Assembly: GCA_963693365.1 (NCBI GenBank)
Contig: CAVNZM010000003.1
Location: 7,435,312-7,499,311 of the forward strand
Source of the DNA: Amoebidium appalachense
Lineage: Eukaryota; Protista; Ichthyosporea
Length of the DNA stretch: 64,000 bases
Direction of reading: 5' to 3'
The notes under the pieces were generated by a model. It was given only the letters and a program-made list of their open reading frames with translations, did no database searches and was not told the origin of the DNA. A program made the position numbers and the translations under genes. Each line of letters begins with the position of its first letter. The stretch's first letter is position 1. Positions 20,510-39,076 of the stretch are shown here, one piece after another.

Positions 20510-20575
20510 TTTTTTGCAAACGCCACAAGTAGATGTATAACGTTGCACGTGCGGCAACACGTCAGTACGTGTTAG
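20166..20575 (+). repeat. Dispersed direct repeat: two copies (20166-20270, 20445-20575) of hairpin + T-run + ~37-bp block
   Basis: ctaccacctactgaggcggtgtctcc-(T-rich)-...aacgt(c/t)gcac(a/g)tgcggcaacacgtcagtacgtgttag occurs twice; the 21-bp core also occurs inverted at 27978-27998. Confidence 0.8.
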
Positions 20576-21206
20576 AATACGGGGCACGTGTTTTGCACAT
20601 TTGCGCATATATGCATGTGCACAAATATATTCTTCCGCCGCTGCAGGCGCTTGTTGATCATCGTGGCCGTGTGCTCAAAAGTGAATATGGCCTCCTTGGA
20701 GCAGGTTTCATCAGTTTCTTACGTATTTTTCAAGGTTTTGAATGCTCAAGGCACGTGCACTGTAGTGCATGCAGTGACCGTACATCTACAGTGGCTTTTG
20801 AAGTGTCACGAATTCCGGACTCTGGAGCTGGAGTTGTCATGGGAGCAACCGTGCAAGTTAACCCTTATAAACTTATGAGTTAACTCACGCTCCAAAAAGT
20901 TAACTTAACAGGCTGGCGCCAAAACTTGAATAGTCAACCCTTGGGCACTGGCCCAGGCCCGTAGCTACAATTGTGCATGTAAGATGAGGCTCGACTGTAT
21001 TGAACTATCATGACTTGGGGTGGTTAGGGGATGAACTCGAATGTTGATGTGTAGTTCTAACGCTTCTGCGCAAGTTTTCGAGCGAGATAACAGCGAGTTT
21101 ATAGCGATTCAATAACTTGCATCCCAACTTCGAGAAGTTGACACGGTTCTGATGTTTGTATGCTGGGATATACCGAACTACAGATAGTGAGAGTGCGACA
21201 GGGAAA

Positions 21207-26618
<5,412 letters not shown>

Positions 26619-28437
26619 TGTGTGATTGCCTTATATGGTAAGGGCATGTGATTGTAATAGGTTCCACGTATGAAATAGGTAACTTAAAGGGAATATACCT
26701 TGTGCACCGGTTTACTTGTAGTGACACACGGTAGTCCACAGGCAAGATATATGGAATGTGGTGGGTACCCATATTTGGTAATAGTGATCCGATATATGTC
26801 ACGGTGTTAATTCGTATGGAACTATTAACAGTGATGGAATGTAGGCAGAACGAAGGACTTGTGGCTTTTGGCGACTTTCATGTATGATGCTTTGAATCTA
26901 CTTACTGACTTTGTAACAAATAATTCTTTCGGCACCACTACTTTTAATTGTAGATATGCTTGTGAATAACACTCCATAATTTTGAGCTGTACATAGAATT
27001 TAATAGTTGGGGTGACGACGTAGAAGAATATTGCGAATTTATACAGCCCATTCTCAAGACGTGCAAATAATGATTATAATGATGACACACGTGGCCTGAA
27101 ATATTCGAACACCACAACAGTTGCAATAAAGCATCAGATGAAGCTTGTGTACGTACCTGCCTGCAGTGTGCCTAGGCCTTTCTTCAAGCCTCGTTCTTTC
27201 ACCTTTAAATAAGAAAAAGGCGTAATATCTGATGTATGTATATTTATCTGGTATGTTATATCTCCACATATAATTTGTTTGATGTAAGTGTAACGTTGAT
27301 TTTCACATGTATATCTTGTTGGGTGGAAGTATGTACTTTAGGAGGTCTTGCCGACAAACAAATCATCAGAGGATCATTGCACTATGCAATTGGCCGCTCC
27401 CTCCGGCCAATTCGGAAACACAACATGTGCCCCATATGCATGATATGTACATCATAATACAGACGAGAGCCACCCCTTATTAATGGTAACTACTACACGG
27501 TCGCAGCCGCTAAAGCCACAGGCCTTACAGACCACATAACCAAGACACCGCAAAAAAACAACACACACACAAAGAAAAAAAAAAAAAAAAAAGAAAAAAA
27601 AAATCATCACAGTCCGTTACGATCTTTTGGGAGGTGGAAGTTCGAATTGGCCGCCAAATTTTGGCGAACCATAAAAGGTTATCCAATTTGGTACTGCCAA
27701 TTATTTCGTTCGGCCTGAATCACCGATATCATTTCGTCCAATCATTTCGTCCGACGTCACAACAACCGTTGAAACACCAGTTCAGGCAGTGTCCTGACAC
27801 TGCTGACAGGCTGACACGTACTGACGGTGTCACGCGCCATCTCCTTCTTCGCAGCCCGCGCGGTCTTTTTTCTTCGCAGCCTTCATTTTTCGAATTCGCA
27901 GCAGTCATTTCGCGTACACAGATAAGCATTGCCATTACTAGCGAGACATTTCTGCTTAGGTAGGAAGGAAAATAAGGCACCACCTCAGTAGGTGGTAGGA
28001 CAGTGTCCGGCCCAAACCCGGTTAGTTCACCACACTAGCCTTCGTCTGTCTTTTGGGCAAGGATTAGTTATACTAGACAAAATAGAAAGTATCAAACGGT
28101 CTTTTCTTGTGCGGCGAAGACAAACGAGAATCCATTCGGAGAAAAGAAAAAAAAAACAGCCCCATTGCTTGAAACATGAAAAGGAACAGATGAATCCTAA
28201 CAAGCATACCCCATTTCATGTTAAAAAAAAGCTTGCAGCACACATTTATTCGCTGACTTGGACTGAGGCAGAGAGAAAATCAAATGCAGAGGGGAAATCA
28301 TCACTCTCACTAGTACAGCCTTCTAGTGCTTAAGCTTGTTAACAAGCGAACAGATCTAACATTCATGTCAAGCACCAAGGATGTAGCACCATTCTTCTCC
28401 CCTCATCATAGACTTCCATTTTCAGAAGACTGTAAAG

Positions 28438-28488
28438 ATGGCGCCCGATCAAGACAAACAGCTAACAGTGGGTAAGTGGGACCAGTGA

Positions 28489-28526
<38 letters not shown>

Positions 28527-29972
28527 TGCCTGTTTTTTGCGTTCGCTTTTTATAACACAATGTCACAATGTCACATTGTTACACTTTACATAGGCTCTTC
28601 AAGTTTGTCCTGCCACACTAGGAAGAGATCTCTACATGACTGCCCCCCCCCCCCCCCCCCCCCCCTCCCTCCCCCCTCCTCCCCCTCCCCCTCCCCGCCA
28701 CACACACACACACACACACCCTCACCCCTAAATAAGTCGCCTCTTCGTAAGCATCTCCTTGTTCACTTTTGGTGTGCTTGTGCCACCTTGCTGTATCTAT
28801 TCTGCAAAACAGTGCACCAATCTCACTACGAGTTCCCCTTAATTGCACATCTGCTCCTAGACTTTACAGAAGCCAACAGATTCTTCTCGCTTGCAGTGAT
28901 TCGCAAGCAAGTTGCTTGATTTTCGTAATTTTTCTCCCCTACTTATGGTGCATGCTTTTTCTTCTCCCCAAAAGAATTTCGCCCAAGTTGAACGGCATAA
29001 TCACGAACCCCCCCCCCCCCCCCCCCCCCCCGCCCGGGCTCTTTGACCTTTCTTCTTCCTTGTGGTATGGTTAGGCGCTCTGTTTCGATTGTGAAACCAA
29101 GAGATTTGCGAAGCTCTCGGGGTGCCCAATGCCGCACAATTTCATGACATAACTTTAAAAAGTTCTGTCTATTCGTTATTGTGGAAATTGTCAGAGCGCA
29201 ATTATAAGGACGTGGTGTTGCGTGACGGGTGGGTTTGGGACAAGGGGAAGGAAATGGGCGGGAAGGTTTAGTGGTTGTGGTTGGGTTGCTCTTGTTGTTG
29301 TTGTTGGGCGGGTATGTGTGTGTTTTTTTTTGGGGGGGGGGGGGGGGGGGGGGGGGAGGAAGGGCCAGGGGGGGGGGGGGGGGGGGGGGGGGAGGGGGGA
29401 GGGGAGGGGGGGAAGAGGGGGGGGGAGGGGGAGGGGGGATTTGGGAGATGTGTGTGTGGGTGTGGGTGTGGGTGTGGGTGGGTGTGTGTGTAGTGGTGGT
29501 GGTCTTGGGTGGGTGGGTGGGGAGGGAGGGGGGAGGGAAGGGGGAGGAGGAGGGAGGGAGAAGAGGGGAGTGTGTGGACATTTGGGAGTTTGACTCAGCG
29601 CCCCCCGCAAATGGAGGGCATGGGTATACCGTGGCACACCGAAACACGTTTACGTCCATGTTCGCCGTTGTGCAAGTAGCATCATTTGACGTGCTGGTAT
29701 ACTTGGCTCCTTATATTGCACCCCATCCCCCCTTCCCTTTCTGTTTCTTACCCTCGAATGCATACATCCCCCCCCCCCCCCCCCCCTCCCCCCCTCCCCC
29801 CCCCCCCCCCCCGCGGCTGCCCTCCTCTCCCCAGCGCTTCTTCCGCTTATTAGTCCTCTTTACGGCTTGAACACACTCAGAACCCCCAGTGTTCGATTGC
29901 ACATGTCTTGCTACCTACACGGAGTACACTGTGCTACTGTTCTCTACCGTGTTCGAATTGGTTTTCCATTGC

Positions 29973-30007
<35 letters not shown>

Positions 30008-30093
30008 TCCCCCCATCCCCCTTCCCCCACCCCAAATAACCTTTCTTGTGCCACTAAACGAATACATCCCGTTCTCCCTTCTCCGACCCCATC

Positions 30094-30133
<40 letters not shown>

Positions 30134-33100
30134 AAAAAAAAAAAAGAACGAAGGCTGAACAAGCATATACTAACAAACAAGCTGACCCCTTACACTTCAC
30201 CCTTTTTAACGTAAACACATGTGAGGCACATGCAACACAACCCAACACAGGAACACACACGCGCGCACATGCACACATGTACACAACACACGCACGAGGT
30301 GGGTGCGGGTGTGCGCAGACACACGGCGTACATACACTCGCGTGTGTACGCGCGCGCGCACACACACACACGCACACACAGCGCGGCTTTCTCCCCCCAA
30401 GCCATCGAGCCCCTTTGCACCTTTCCCGCCTGAGCTAGTGAAACTCGTCGACTCGTACCTTGGACCCGAAGATGCCCGTGCGCTCGCAAGCACCTCCCGT
30501 TTTCACCGGGACCACCCCTTCATCGGTGGCAACGCCTCCATCGAACTCGTACGATTCTCAATATGTGCTAACCGTTTATCACTGGCGGTGTTGTCCCAAC
30601 GACAGTTCGCTACGCCTAGGAACGGCAAAAGAGACCACACAGATTACGTTTTATCGCAAGTCCTTTTATTATTACACCTCGAAGGGCTCTTTCCCTCAGC
30701 ATTTATACTCCCCCTACACCCATCAGATCAATGAGACAACCCCGGTGCCCGCACACAGGCGCCTCAAGACAAAAGAGCTCACCCTCATCTTCGCAGATGT
30801 CCTGGAGTTGCATGATAATTTTACCGGCTTTTTGCTTGAAGTGACATCGCTCCTGAAAGGGCTGATTGACGAGGCCTGGGTCCATACCATCCGGTTGGTA
30901 TTCAATGACCGAACAGATATTCAACGCCTCACCGTGAAAGACCCCAGCAATAATTTCATCAGCAACATTTTTAACATTTTCAACAGTGCGTCCTGCTTGA
31001 AAATGGAAGGGTGCGGGCCCAGCTCCTTGGTGTATGAGGCAGGTGTGGACGGTGTGATGTTGGATGCTATCACACACTTCACCTACTCGCAGTTAGATAC
31101 TTATTCTGGGCTTGTTCGTTTTGTACCTTTGCCAGCACGTGCAGCTGTACAGAAACCTCACGAGCCTAGAGGTGCCTGTGTGTCAGTGTGTGGGTGGAAG
31201 GTGTGTGTGAGCGTGTGCACGTGTCCGTGCGTGTCGCCGGGTGGGTTGCAATGGATGTCTGAGGGGGTGCGAGTCTGGCTGAGTGGGTGTGGGTGTGGGT
31301 GTAGGTGTGAGGTGGGCATGGGTGGGCTCTGGGAATAAATGTCCGTGGTTATGTGTGGGTATGTGAATGGGTGTGTGTGTGAGTGGGTGCATGTGGGTGT
31401 TTGTGTGCTGATTGTGGCTGGGTGAGCGGGAATGGCTTTGCGTGTGGGCACATGGGTGCGTGAGAAAGAGAGTGTGGGTGGGTGGATGGTTGAGGCAGGC
31501 CGATGAATGGATGAGTTAGTGGGTGGGAACGAGTGTGTGTGTTTGGGTGCATCGTGTGTGGGTGTGTACATGTGGGTAGATGTGTGTGTGTGTGTTTGTG
31601 TGTGTTGAGTAGGTGTATGGGTGGGTGAGTCGCTGATGCGCATGTGTTCTTTGAACGCCTGCCTAGCGCTAGGGCAAGGGAAATATAAAAAAAGGGAGGG
31701 GAACAACGATAGTGCTACTATGATTGCTGGTAAGGGTGGTTTGCACGCAGAGTTCTTTAGCGTTGAACGTTTATAAGAATCCCCTTCTCCCCCTAACCCC
31801 CCCCCCCCTTTTTTTTTTTTCTTCTTCCCCCCTTTTTTTTTTCCAGGTTTGGTTTCCGGCTTTTGCATTTTGAACCGCTTTGTGTGTTTCTCTTTGATGT
31901 CCCCATCCTTCATAATTCCAACCCATTTATACATACATACATCCCCCCCACCCACCCACTCACCCAACCACCCACCCACCCCACCACCACCTCACCCCAC
32001 CCCCCTCTCCGCCGCCACAGCACATAAACAAAAACGGGATGCAAAAACTCACCTGGTACACACAGACACACGGGCCACGACACACAAGCATGAGCACATA
32101 CACACATACACACACCTACACACACACAGACTTACACACCGACACACACGCAAATAACGCGCACGCACCCAGACACGCACCCACGCGCACACACAAGCAC
32201 AAACACCGAAATACCCTTGCACACACACGCGCGCGCGCACGCACACACACACACAGATCCGCTTTGAGATTTGGGGTGAGGAGGGGGAAGGGAGGGGGGG
32301 GGGGGAAGAGAGAGAAATTCATTAGACAGCAAAAATACCAAGTTGAGACGGCCGCCAGGAAGGGTAACAAGCTTGGGCGGGGGGGGGGGGAGGGGGGGGG
32401 GGGGGGGGGGGGACCGGAAAAAGCACACCACGTACTTTGGGTTGATGGTGTACTCGAGCAGGTCCATGTTCTGCCACACCGGGCAGGCCAGGTGTGCTCT
32501 GTGGTGGTCGTCAAATCTTTTCAGCCAGTCCTGCAATGTTGTGAGGTTGTGTGCATGTGTGTCAGTACTTGGTAGTTTATGTCGACCGCAGTAAAATATG
32601 ACAATTAATCTCCCTTCCCCCCCCCCCCCCCCCCCCCCCGCCTTCCCCGTTGTTTTGAGGGGAGTCTGCGTGCGTGTGTGTGTGTGTGTGTGTCGAGGGG
32701 GGGGGGGGGGGGGGGGGGGGAGGGGGAGGGTTACAGATGGTTTAGTTAGTCGCTACAGGGTGCAAGGCAGAAGGAGAGCCGACGAAAGGCAAGAAGATGG
32801 GGAAGAGAACAGGGTGTGAGGGTCGTCATTGTAGGGAGCGCCCCAAAGGGGGAGGGTGCACGGGGGAGGGGGAGGGGGGCAGAATGCATGCAACGAAGTA
32901 CACATTGGCGACAGACAAACAATTCAAGGTTTCTATTGTTTTGGCGGGGGGGGGGGGGGGGGGGGGAGGTGGGGGGGGGGGGGGTTTGAGTGTTTGAGTG
33001 TGTGTACGTGTGTGCGCGCGCGTGTGTGTATGTACATGTGTATCATCAGGGTGCAATCGGAGATAGCAACTCGACCAAACACAAACCGTTTCAAAAAAAC

Positions 33101-33155
33101 TAAAATATTTATATACATATACATGTGTGTGTGTGTGTGTGCGCGTGCGTGCGTG

Positions 33156-33190
<35 letters not shown>

Positions 33191-33747
33191 GTATTAGTAT
33201 GTGATGGTCGAAGGAAGACACCTGGGGGAAGGGGGGTGGGGGGGAGGATGGTAATGGCTGGCGGCGCGCGGGGGGGGGGGGGGGGGGGGGGGGGGGGGAG
33301 GATCTTTACCATAACGGCATGGGTCAGGATATCGCTGTCAAAAAGTTGGCTGTACTCGTCCAGTAGAAGAGAGCTCTCTGAAATCAGCCGAAAAGCCTGT
33401 TCCCCCTGGGGGTTTCAGAAACTTGCACCACCAACATAAATTTTCTTTTAACTTGAATATTCAACCGATGGAGATGTAACTGAGTATAGTACGTACTGCA
33501 TTATTAGGAGGCGAGAGAAAGATCCTACAAGCTAGCCAATAGTAAGTGATTACTACGATACCCGAACACTGTATGAAAATCATACACATACATATCCCGT
33601 TTGGTGTTTAACAGGAGCCAACCAAACATCTTAGGTACTCATAAATCCCCCCCCCTCCCCCCCTTCCTACTCCCTCTGTCGCACAGTTAGCACATATATG
33701 CACGCTTCCCTGTGTCGAAATTGTGTCGATGGTCCCAGGCCAGGCAA

Positions 33748-33785
<38 letters not shown>

Positions 33786-34228
33786 AGCTTGTTACCCTTC
33801 CTGGCGGCCGTCTCAACTTGGTATTTTTGCTGTCTAATGAATTTCTCTCTCTCTCTCCCCCCTCCCTTCCCCCTCCCTGCATTCCGTCCCTCTCCTTGCA
33901 ACACCGATTCCTAAACCGTTATTAACTCGCCTGTCCCTCCCTTTGAATTCCTCTTTCCTTCTTATTCGTCCTCCCCTCCCCCCCCCCCCCCCCCCCCCCC
34001 CCTGCCCCCCAGGCCCAGGCTTCCCACCGCACATGTGGGGGAAGGGGCGAGAATGGCGTTGCAGCGTGCTCACACATGCGGAAATCATGCAGGTACACGG
34101 GGGTGGCGGGGCCCCTTGCCTGGCCTGGAACCATCAGTGCAGACCTCAAAGACAGTGAAATCATGGTTGGTGCCTGTTGGATCACCTTTGTTTCTTTCTT
34201 TCGTTTTTTTTTTTTTTTTTTGCTTGAA

Positions 34229-34259
<31 letters not shown>

Positions 34260-35666
34260 AGAGGAATGGAGAGAGATGGGGGGTGGGGGGAGGATAGGGG
34301 GGAGGGAGTATGGATTCGGGGGGGGGGGGGGGGGGGGGGGGGGATAACACTGCACACTTACCACCTAACAGGGACAAAAAAAATGTATGGGCAGTGGCTT
34401 AGAACACAAACACACATGCGGACGCCAAAGTATGAAAAACTGGTGGCTTTGGCTTGACACGAAACTGGCAGTCTGCCAAGACAAGAAAAGCTCTGCTTTT
34501 TGGGGTTTTTTACTCGTGCTCTTACCCATCGACACAATTTCGACACAGGGAAGCGTGCATATATGTGCTAACTGTGCGACAGTGCTTCAATGATGGCTAA
34601 CACTCACACCCACACAGCGCACCATCGAGAAGATTTGTTGTATGTTATTGCGTCGTGCAACAACTGCAGAGGAGACTCCTGGGGAGAAAATCCGAGCGGG
34701 AAAAACTTTATTCAAGATCATTTCTGCCAGAGAGGTGGGTGGGTCCCCCCCCATGGCACACTACATATTTCTGCATGCTCGGTGGCTTCTTGGGACCTAT
34801 GGCAGGCTTGCAGCAGTGAGCACATGTGTCAGTGACGGTGGGTGTGGCTTAGGCACTTTGTGCTGAGGTTAAGTTCTTGACAGTTCAGTGTCTCCCGTTT
34901 CGCTCTCTCTCTTTCTCTCTCTCTCTGTAGCTTCCTAGCTCCCTAGCCCCCACCATCTTTCGTTCTTGAGACCCCCCCCCCCCCCCCCCCCCCTCCCCCC
35001 ACCCCCATCCCCACCTTACCACCCCCTCCCCCGTCTCTCTCTCTTCCGTTGGCCTCTTGCTCCAAATCTTCTCTCATTTCCCCTCTGCTTTTCTTCCTCT
35101 CTCTCATCACTCCCTTCCACATTGCCTTCCCTACATCCCCCCCCCCCCCCCCCCCCCCCCCCATCTCTCTCCCTCTCTTTTTTTGCCTGTAGGCGCAATG
35201 CCGGCAAAGCATTGTCATTGTCATCTGAAATTAACTATCTTTTTTCCAACTCGATGGCTTTGAGTTTTTCCTTTGGTGGGGAGCCCTATAATGACACGTG
35301 ACTCACACTTTCAGGGTGCTTACTGGCCTTGTCTGGTCAAGCTGCTCAATTCAACAGAGTATCTGCGGTATGCTCTTGATCGCGTACTTGGTACCCCCCT
35401 TCCCCCCCCCACCCCCTCCCCCTCCTTCCTCCCCTGTGCATATGAAACTAATGCCCCCCTCCCCCCTCCCCCCCACACACACGTACACACACACCCCCTC
35501 TTTCCTCCACCCCCACCACCACTCACGACGATAACCACCACGATGACCCATGACCATTTTCAGTTTTGTATGAATTATTTTGGCCACATTATAAAAAATG
35601 TTATCATCATGATTATGATTTCTTCAATTATTCATGTAAGTATGCGTCACCATGGTGTTTGTAGAT

Positions 35667-35704
<38 letters not shown>

Positions 35705-36463
35705 CTGGGCGGGGGAGGGAGGGGGGTTGAATTTGGTTTTGTTGTTCCATGTTCCAATACAGATCACATCTCAGACACGTAGTATTCTTCTGGCATAGTG
35801 AGTTGTTGGATTTGAACCAGTAACTAGGCCTACAGAGGCGCAGACAGAGACTAAGATGTATCCGTTCAGGTGCAGAGGTGGATGCGGGGCTGAGAGACTG
35901 CTGCATTGGCGCAACTGCGGTGCTGATGAGAGAGGACCTGCATGAAATTGGAGGGGGCGGTCAGAGCGAGTTCAGATACCGACTGCTGTGGAAAAAAGTG
36001 CTGGGGTCCGATGAGTTGCAGCCGTACCCATTGGAGGAGATTGCTGTCAGCTCTATTGGCAGGTGGGTGGCTGGTGGGTGGGTGGTTGGTGGGTAGGGGT
36101 GTGTGGGTGGGTGGGTGGATGGGTAAGTGGTTGCATGGGTGGGTTCGGTGTGTGTGTGTGTGTGTATGTGTGGTGGGTGGGTGGGCGGAGAGAGGGAAGG
36201 AGAGGGGAGGGGGGGAGGGGGGGAGGAATGTATGTGTGGTGGGTGGGTGGGCGGAGAGAGGGAAGGAGAGGGGAGGGGCCGGAGGGGGGGAGGAATGGTT
36301 TGGGAGACGTGGCCGTGTGTGTTGGGTGGTTAAATAGGTGGGTGTAGTGGGTGTGTGTGTTTCTGTATATGTGGGGGGGGGGGGGGGGGGGGGGGGGGGT
36401 AGTGTCTGTGCCAATGTGTGGTAGTGTAAGTGTGTGTTGTGTTTTTCCTTGTGTTTGTGTTTC

Positions 36464-36534
<71 letters not shown>

Positions 36535-39010
36535 TGTGTGTGTGTCTGTCTGTGTCTGTCTGTCTGTGTGTCTGTGTGGTTGTATGCGTGCACATGTGCC
36601 TGCACATGATCATGGCTGTGGGTGTGGGCATGGTCACTTGCGTGCTGTGCACACACACATGCGGGTGGGCACCTTCCTGAATGTATTTTGTGTGCGAGCT
36701 TGTGTGGCTAGTTGGGAAATAATAGTGGTGTGTGGATGTTGGGTGGGGGCGTGTACCTGTGTGTGCGAGTGTTTGTGTGTGTGTCGGCCCGGGTACAGGT
36801 GGGTGTCGTTGAATGGGTGTGTGACTGCATACGGTGTCACTGAGGAAATGGGTAGTTTTTGGTGGTGGTGGTGGGCAGGAGGGGGGGGGGGGGGGGGGGG
36901 GGGGGGGAAGGGGAAGGGCGGGGGGGAGGGAATAGACGTAGCCTCTGTGTACCTACACCCACACATCATACACATGAGACACACGTGTGGCCACTTGAAA
37001 GGCTGCATGCTGTTAGACTCACCCCCACTGTCTGTATCTGCAGGCTGATACAGCTGCGTGGACCACCGCCACAGCCCATCGAGAGCATCATGGCCAGTGG
37101 TGGTATGCTACCGCACATCCTCTCTGTCTCTCCTCCCTCTTGCTCCCATTTCTCACGTGGGTTTGGGTGTGCAGGTAACCGGCTGATGGACTTTATGGAG
37201 AGCAGGGGTAGAGCCATCTCCAGCGAGGGCGGAGTAGAGTATGTAGAGGTATGCCGTCATCAACCCCCCTCTTCCCCCCCCCCCCCCCCCCCCCCCCCCC
37301 TCGAAAGTAAGTCATACTTTAATAATGAATAAAGGGAAAAAGAAAAAAAACACCTTTCTGCCCGTCTGTGAGAGACGAATCTTGCATGTAAGTACCGTAT
37401 TTAGCTGTAGAAACTGGGCATTGCAGTTGATATCCACACCCCTCGATTTCAATATCGGTGACAGTACCTGCTCTATTGTGTATTTCGTTTTGGTCGCAGG
37501 GCTCTTTGTTGTGTTTGGTTTAGCAAAGGAGTATGCCAATAGAAAACCCCCCCTTTCCCCCGACATCGGATACTCTACTTGCTACCTCCTTCTGACCAGA
37601 ATTTGCATACCTACACTGTTCACACTACCCCCCCAGCCCCTCTCCTCCCCCCCCCACCCCCCACCCCCCACCCCCCCACTTGCCCCACGTAGTGATCAGT
37701 GTGCCTTCTGTAACCCCCCCCTCCCCCCCCCCCCCCCCCCCCCCCCCCCCCGCTCTGTCACCCCTCTATTCGTCAGTACATCTCAAATCATAATGAGCTG
37801 TGTTGCTGCATAGTGTAAACATGGTTGTGTATATTGTCGGACAGACTCTGGGAGTCGCGCCCTGTAGTAAGTCGCGCTTACTGACCAATCAAAATGGTTG
37901 GTCGGGAAGCAGCGGCGTTGTCCCACAATCGCAAGGCGAACTGTCCCCTATAAAAGGCGGCAGTATCAGCCAGATCCAATCAGTTGGGAACATGCCTGGA
38001 CTCGAATCGATGAGTGCCGAGGATAAAATCCCATCTCAAGATTGATCAGATCCCATACTGTAAATGCAATCTGCGCTGCCGCTATGATACACACAACCAA
38101 ATTTACAATAGGGGATGAAATGAAGACCAAATCTAGGGTCACCTACATACCGGAAAGCATGTAATCCTCCTAGAAGGTCGTGTTTCAACGGAAAGTGACG
38201 TGTGTCTGTGTTGCAGCGTTGCCTGTTCCGGGGCACCCCGAGCATGGCGCCCATCCTGCTGCATGGGCTTGTGCACACCGAAACCATCGGCAAGACGCTG
38301 GCCATGCTGCAACACTTCATCCCCTTCATGTCAGAAAGCAGGTGTGTGCCCTTTGTTGATTGCTGGATGTGGCTGCAGTTGTGCATGTGTGAAACAAATC
38401 GCACTGACGGGTGTATGACGGTGGTGTGCAAGTTTGTGTGTTTGGTTGGGTGTGTGCTGTGCATGGGTGTCTTGGAGTCCATTGAAATCTTGTTATCCAT
38501 AGTGTGGTGCTTCATGTATTCACCTGCCCTTCCCTTTCCTCTCCTACCCAATCAGTATAATCAATATATGTAGGATGCAGCCGAATCTTTCAAACAACTG
38601 CACCCAAAGTGAATTTTGCATTAAAGTGTGCGTGATTGCGAAAAAGAAGTAGGTCGTTTTGTATTTCATGTGAAGTTTGGCTGCAGCATTATGATATTGT
38701 AAAGTACTATGCATCATGCTTGCAATTGCTGGGTATGGCTCGGTTGCACCACAGACCAAGAAGCAGGACATACCTTTACCATATATGGAGTACGCACATG
38801 ACCATTATGGCATATGCGTAGATCTTTTCTCAAATTTGCCTGTCCAATCATCATAAGACCATAAGTGCAGATCATGCAATGTGCAGCCAAGGAGATGTTG
38901 ACCAGTACCTCCACAGGATCGAGCAGGTCATGGATGAACTGGCAGAGGTCCACCAGCCCCCCAATTTGTCCTCGACTACAGTGACCACTGGCCACAAGCC
39001 CTGTTCGAGT

Positions 39011-39056
<46 letters not shown>

Positions 39057-39076
39057 ATAGGGTCAGACGCTTCTAA
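28438..39076 (+). CDS. F-box protein of unknown function. Exons 28438-28471, 30382-30548, 30643-31029, 31136-31171, 32257-32275, [two inverted exons], 34093-34165, then ~34731-34816, 35314-35368, 35870-36062, 37044-37102, 37175-37248, 38217-38341, 38887-39076
   Basis: F-box motif FAPFPPELVKLVDSYLGPEDARALASTSRFHR after a phase-compatible first exon (MAPDQDKQLTV, donor gtaagt); LRR-like LYRNLTSLEIRFEIW; downstream coding-like blocks have GT-AG edges. Phases around 34165-35870 are not fully resolved. Confidence 0.6.
32280..32373 (+). repeat. Left copy of inverted repeat
   Basis: 66-bp core gagagagaaattcattagacagc...gggtaacaagct (32308-32373) is the exact reverse complement of 33786-33851; the purine-rich flank also matches. 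Confidence 0.92.
32436..32530 (-). CDS. Inverted internal exon B of the F-box gene (DWLKRFDDHHRAHLACPVWQNMDLLEYTINP + AA)
   Basis: Minus-strand ttgcag| acceptor and |gtacgt donor; 95 nt, phase 0 to phase 2. Confidence 0.75.
33310..33377 (-). CDS. Inverted internal exon A of the F-box gene ((E)SSLLLDEYSQLFDSDILTHAVM)
   Basis: Minus-strand ctgatttcag| acceptor and |gtaaag donor; 68 nt, phase 1 to phase 0. Confidence 0.7.
33786..33876 (-). repeat. Right copy of inverted repeat
   Basis: Reverse complement of 32280-32373. Confidence 0.92.

Noticed and set aside
30549-30605. 57-nt intron alternative in the F-box gene
   Set aside because: It keeps the frame that stops at 30734; the acceptor at 30642 joins the long coding frame. 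A short isoform is not excluded.
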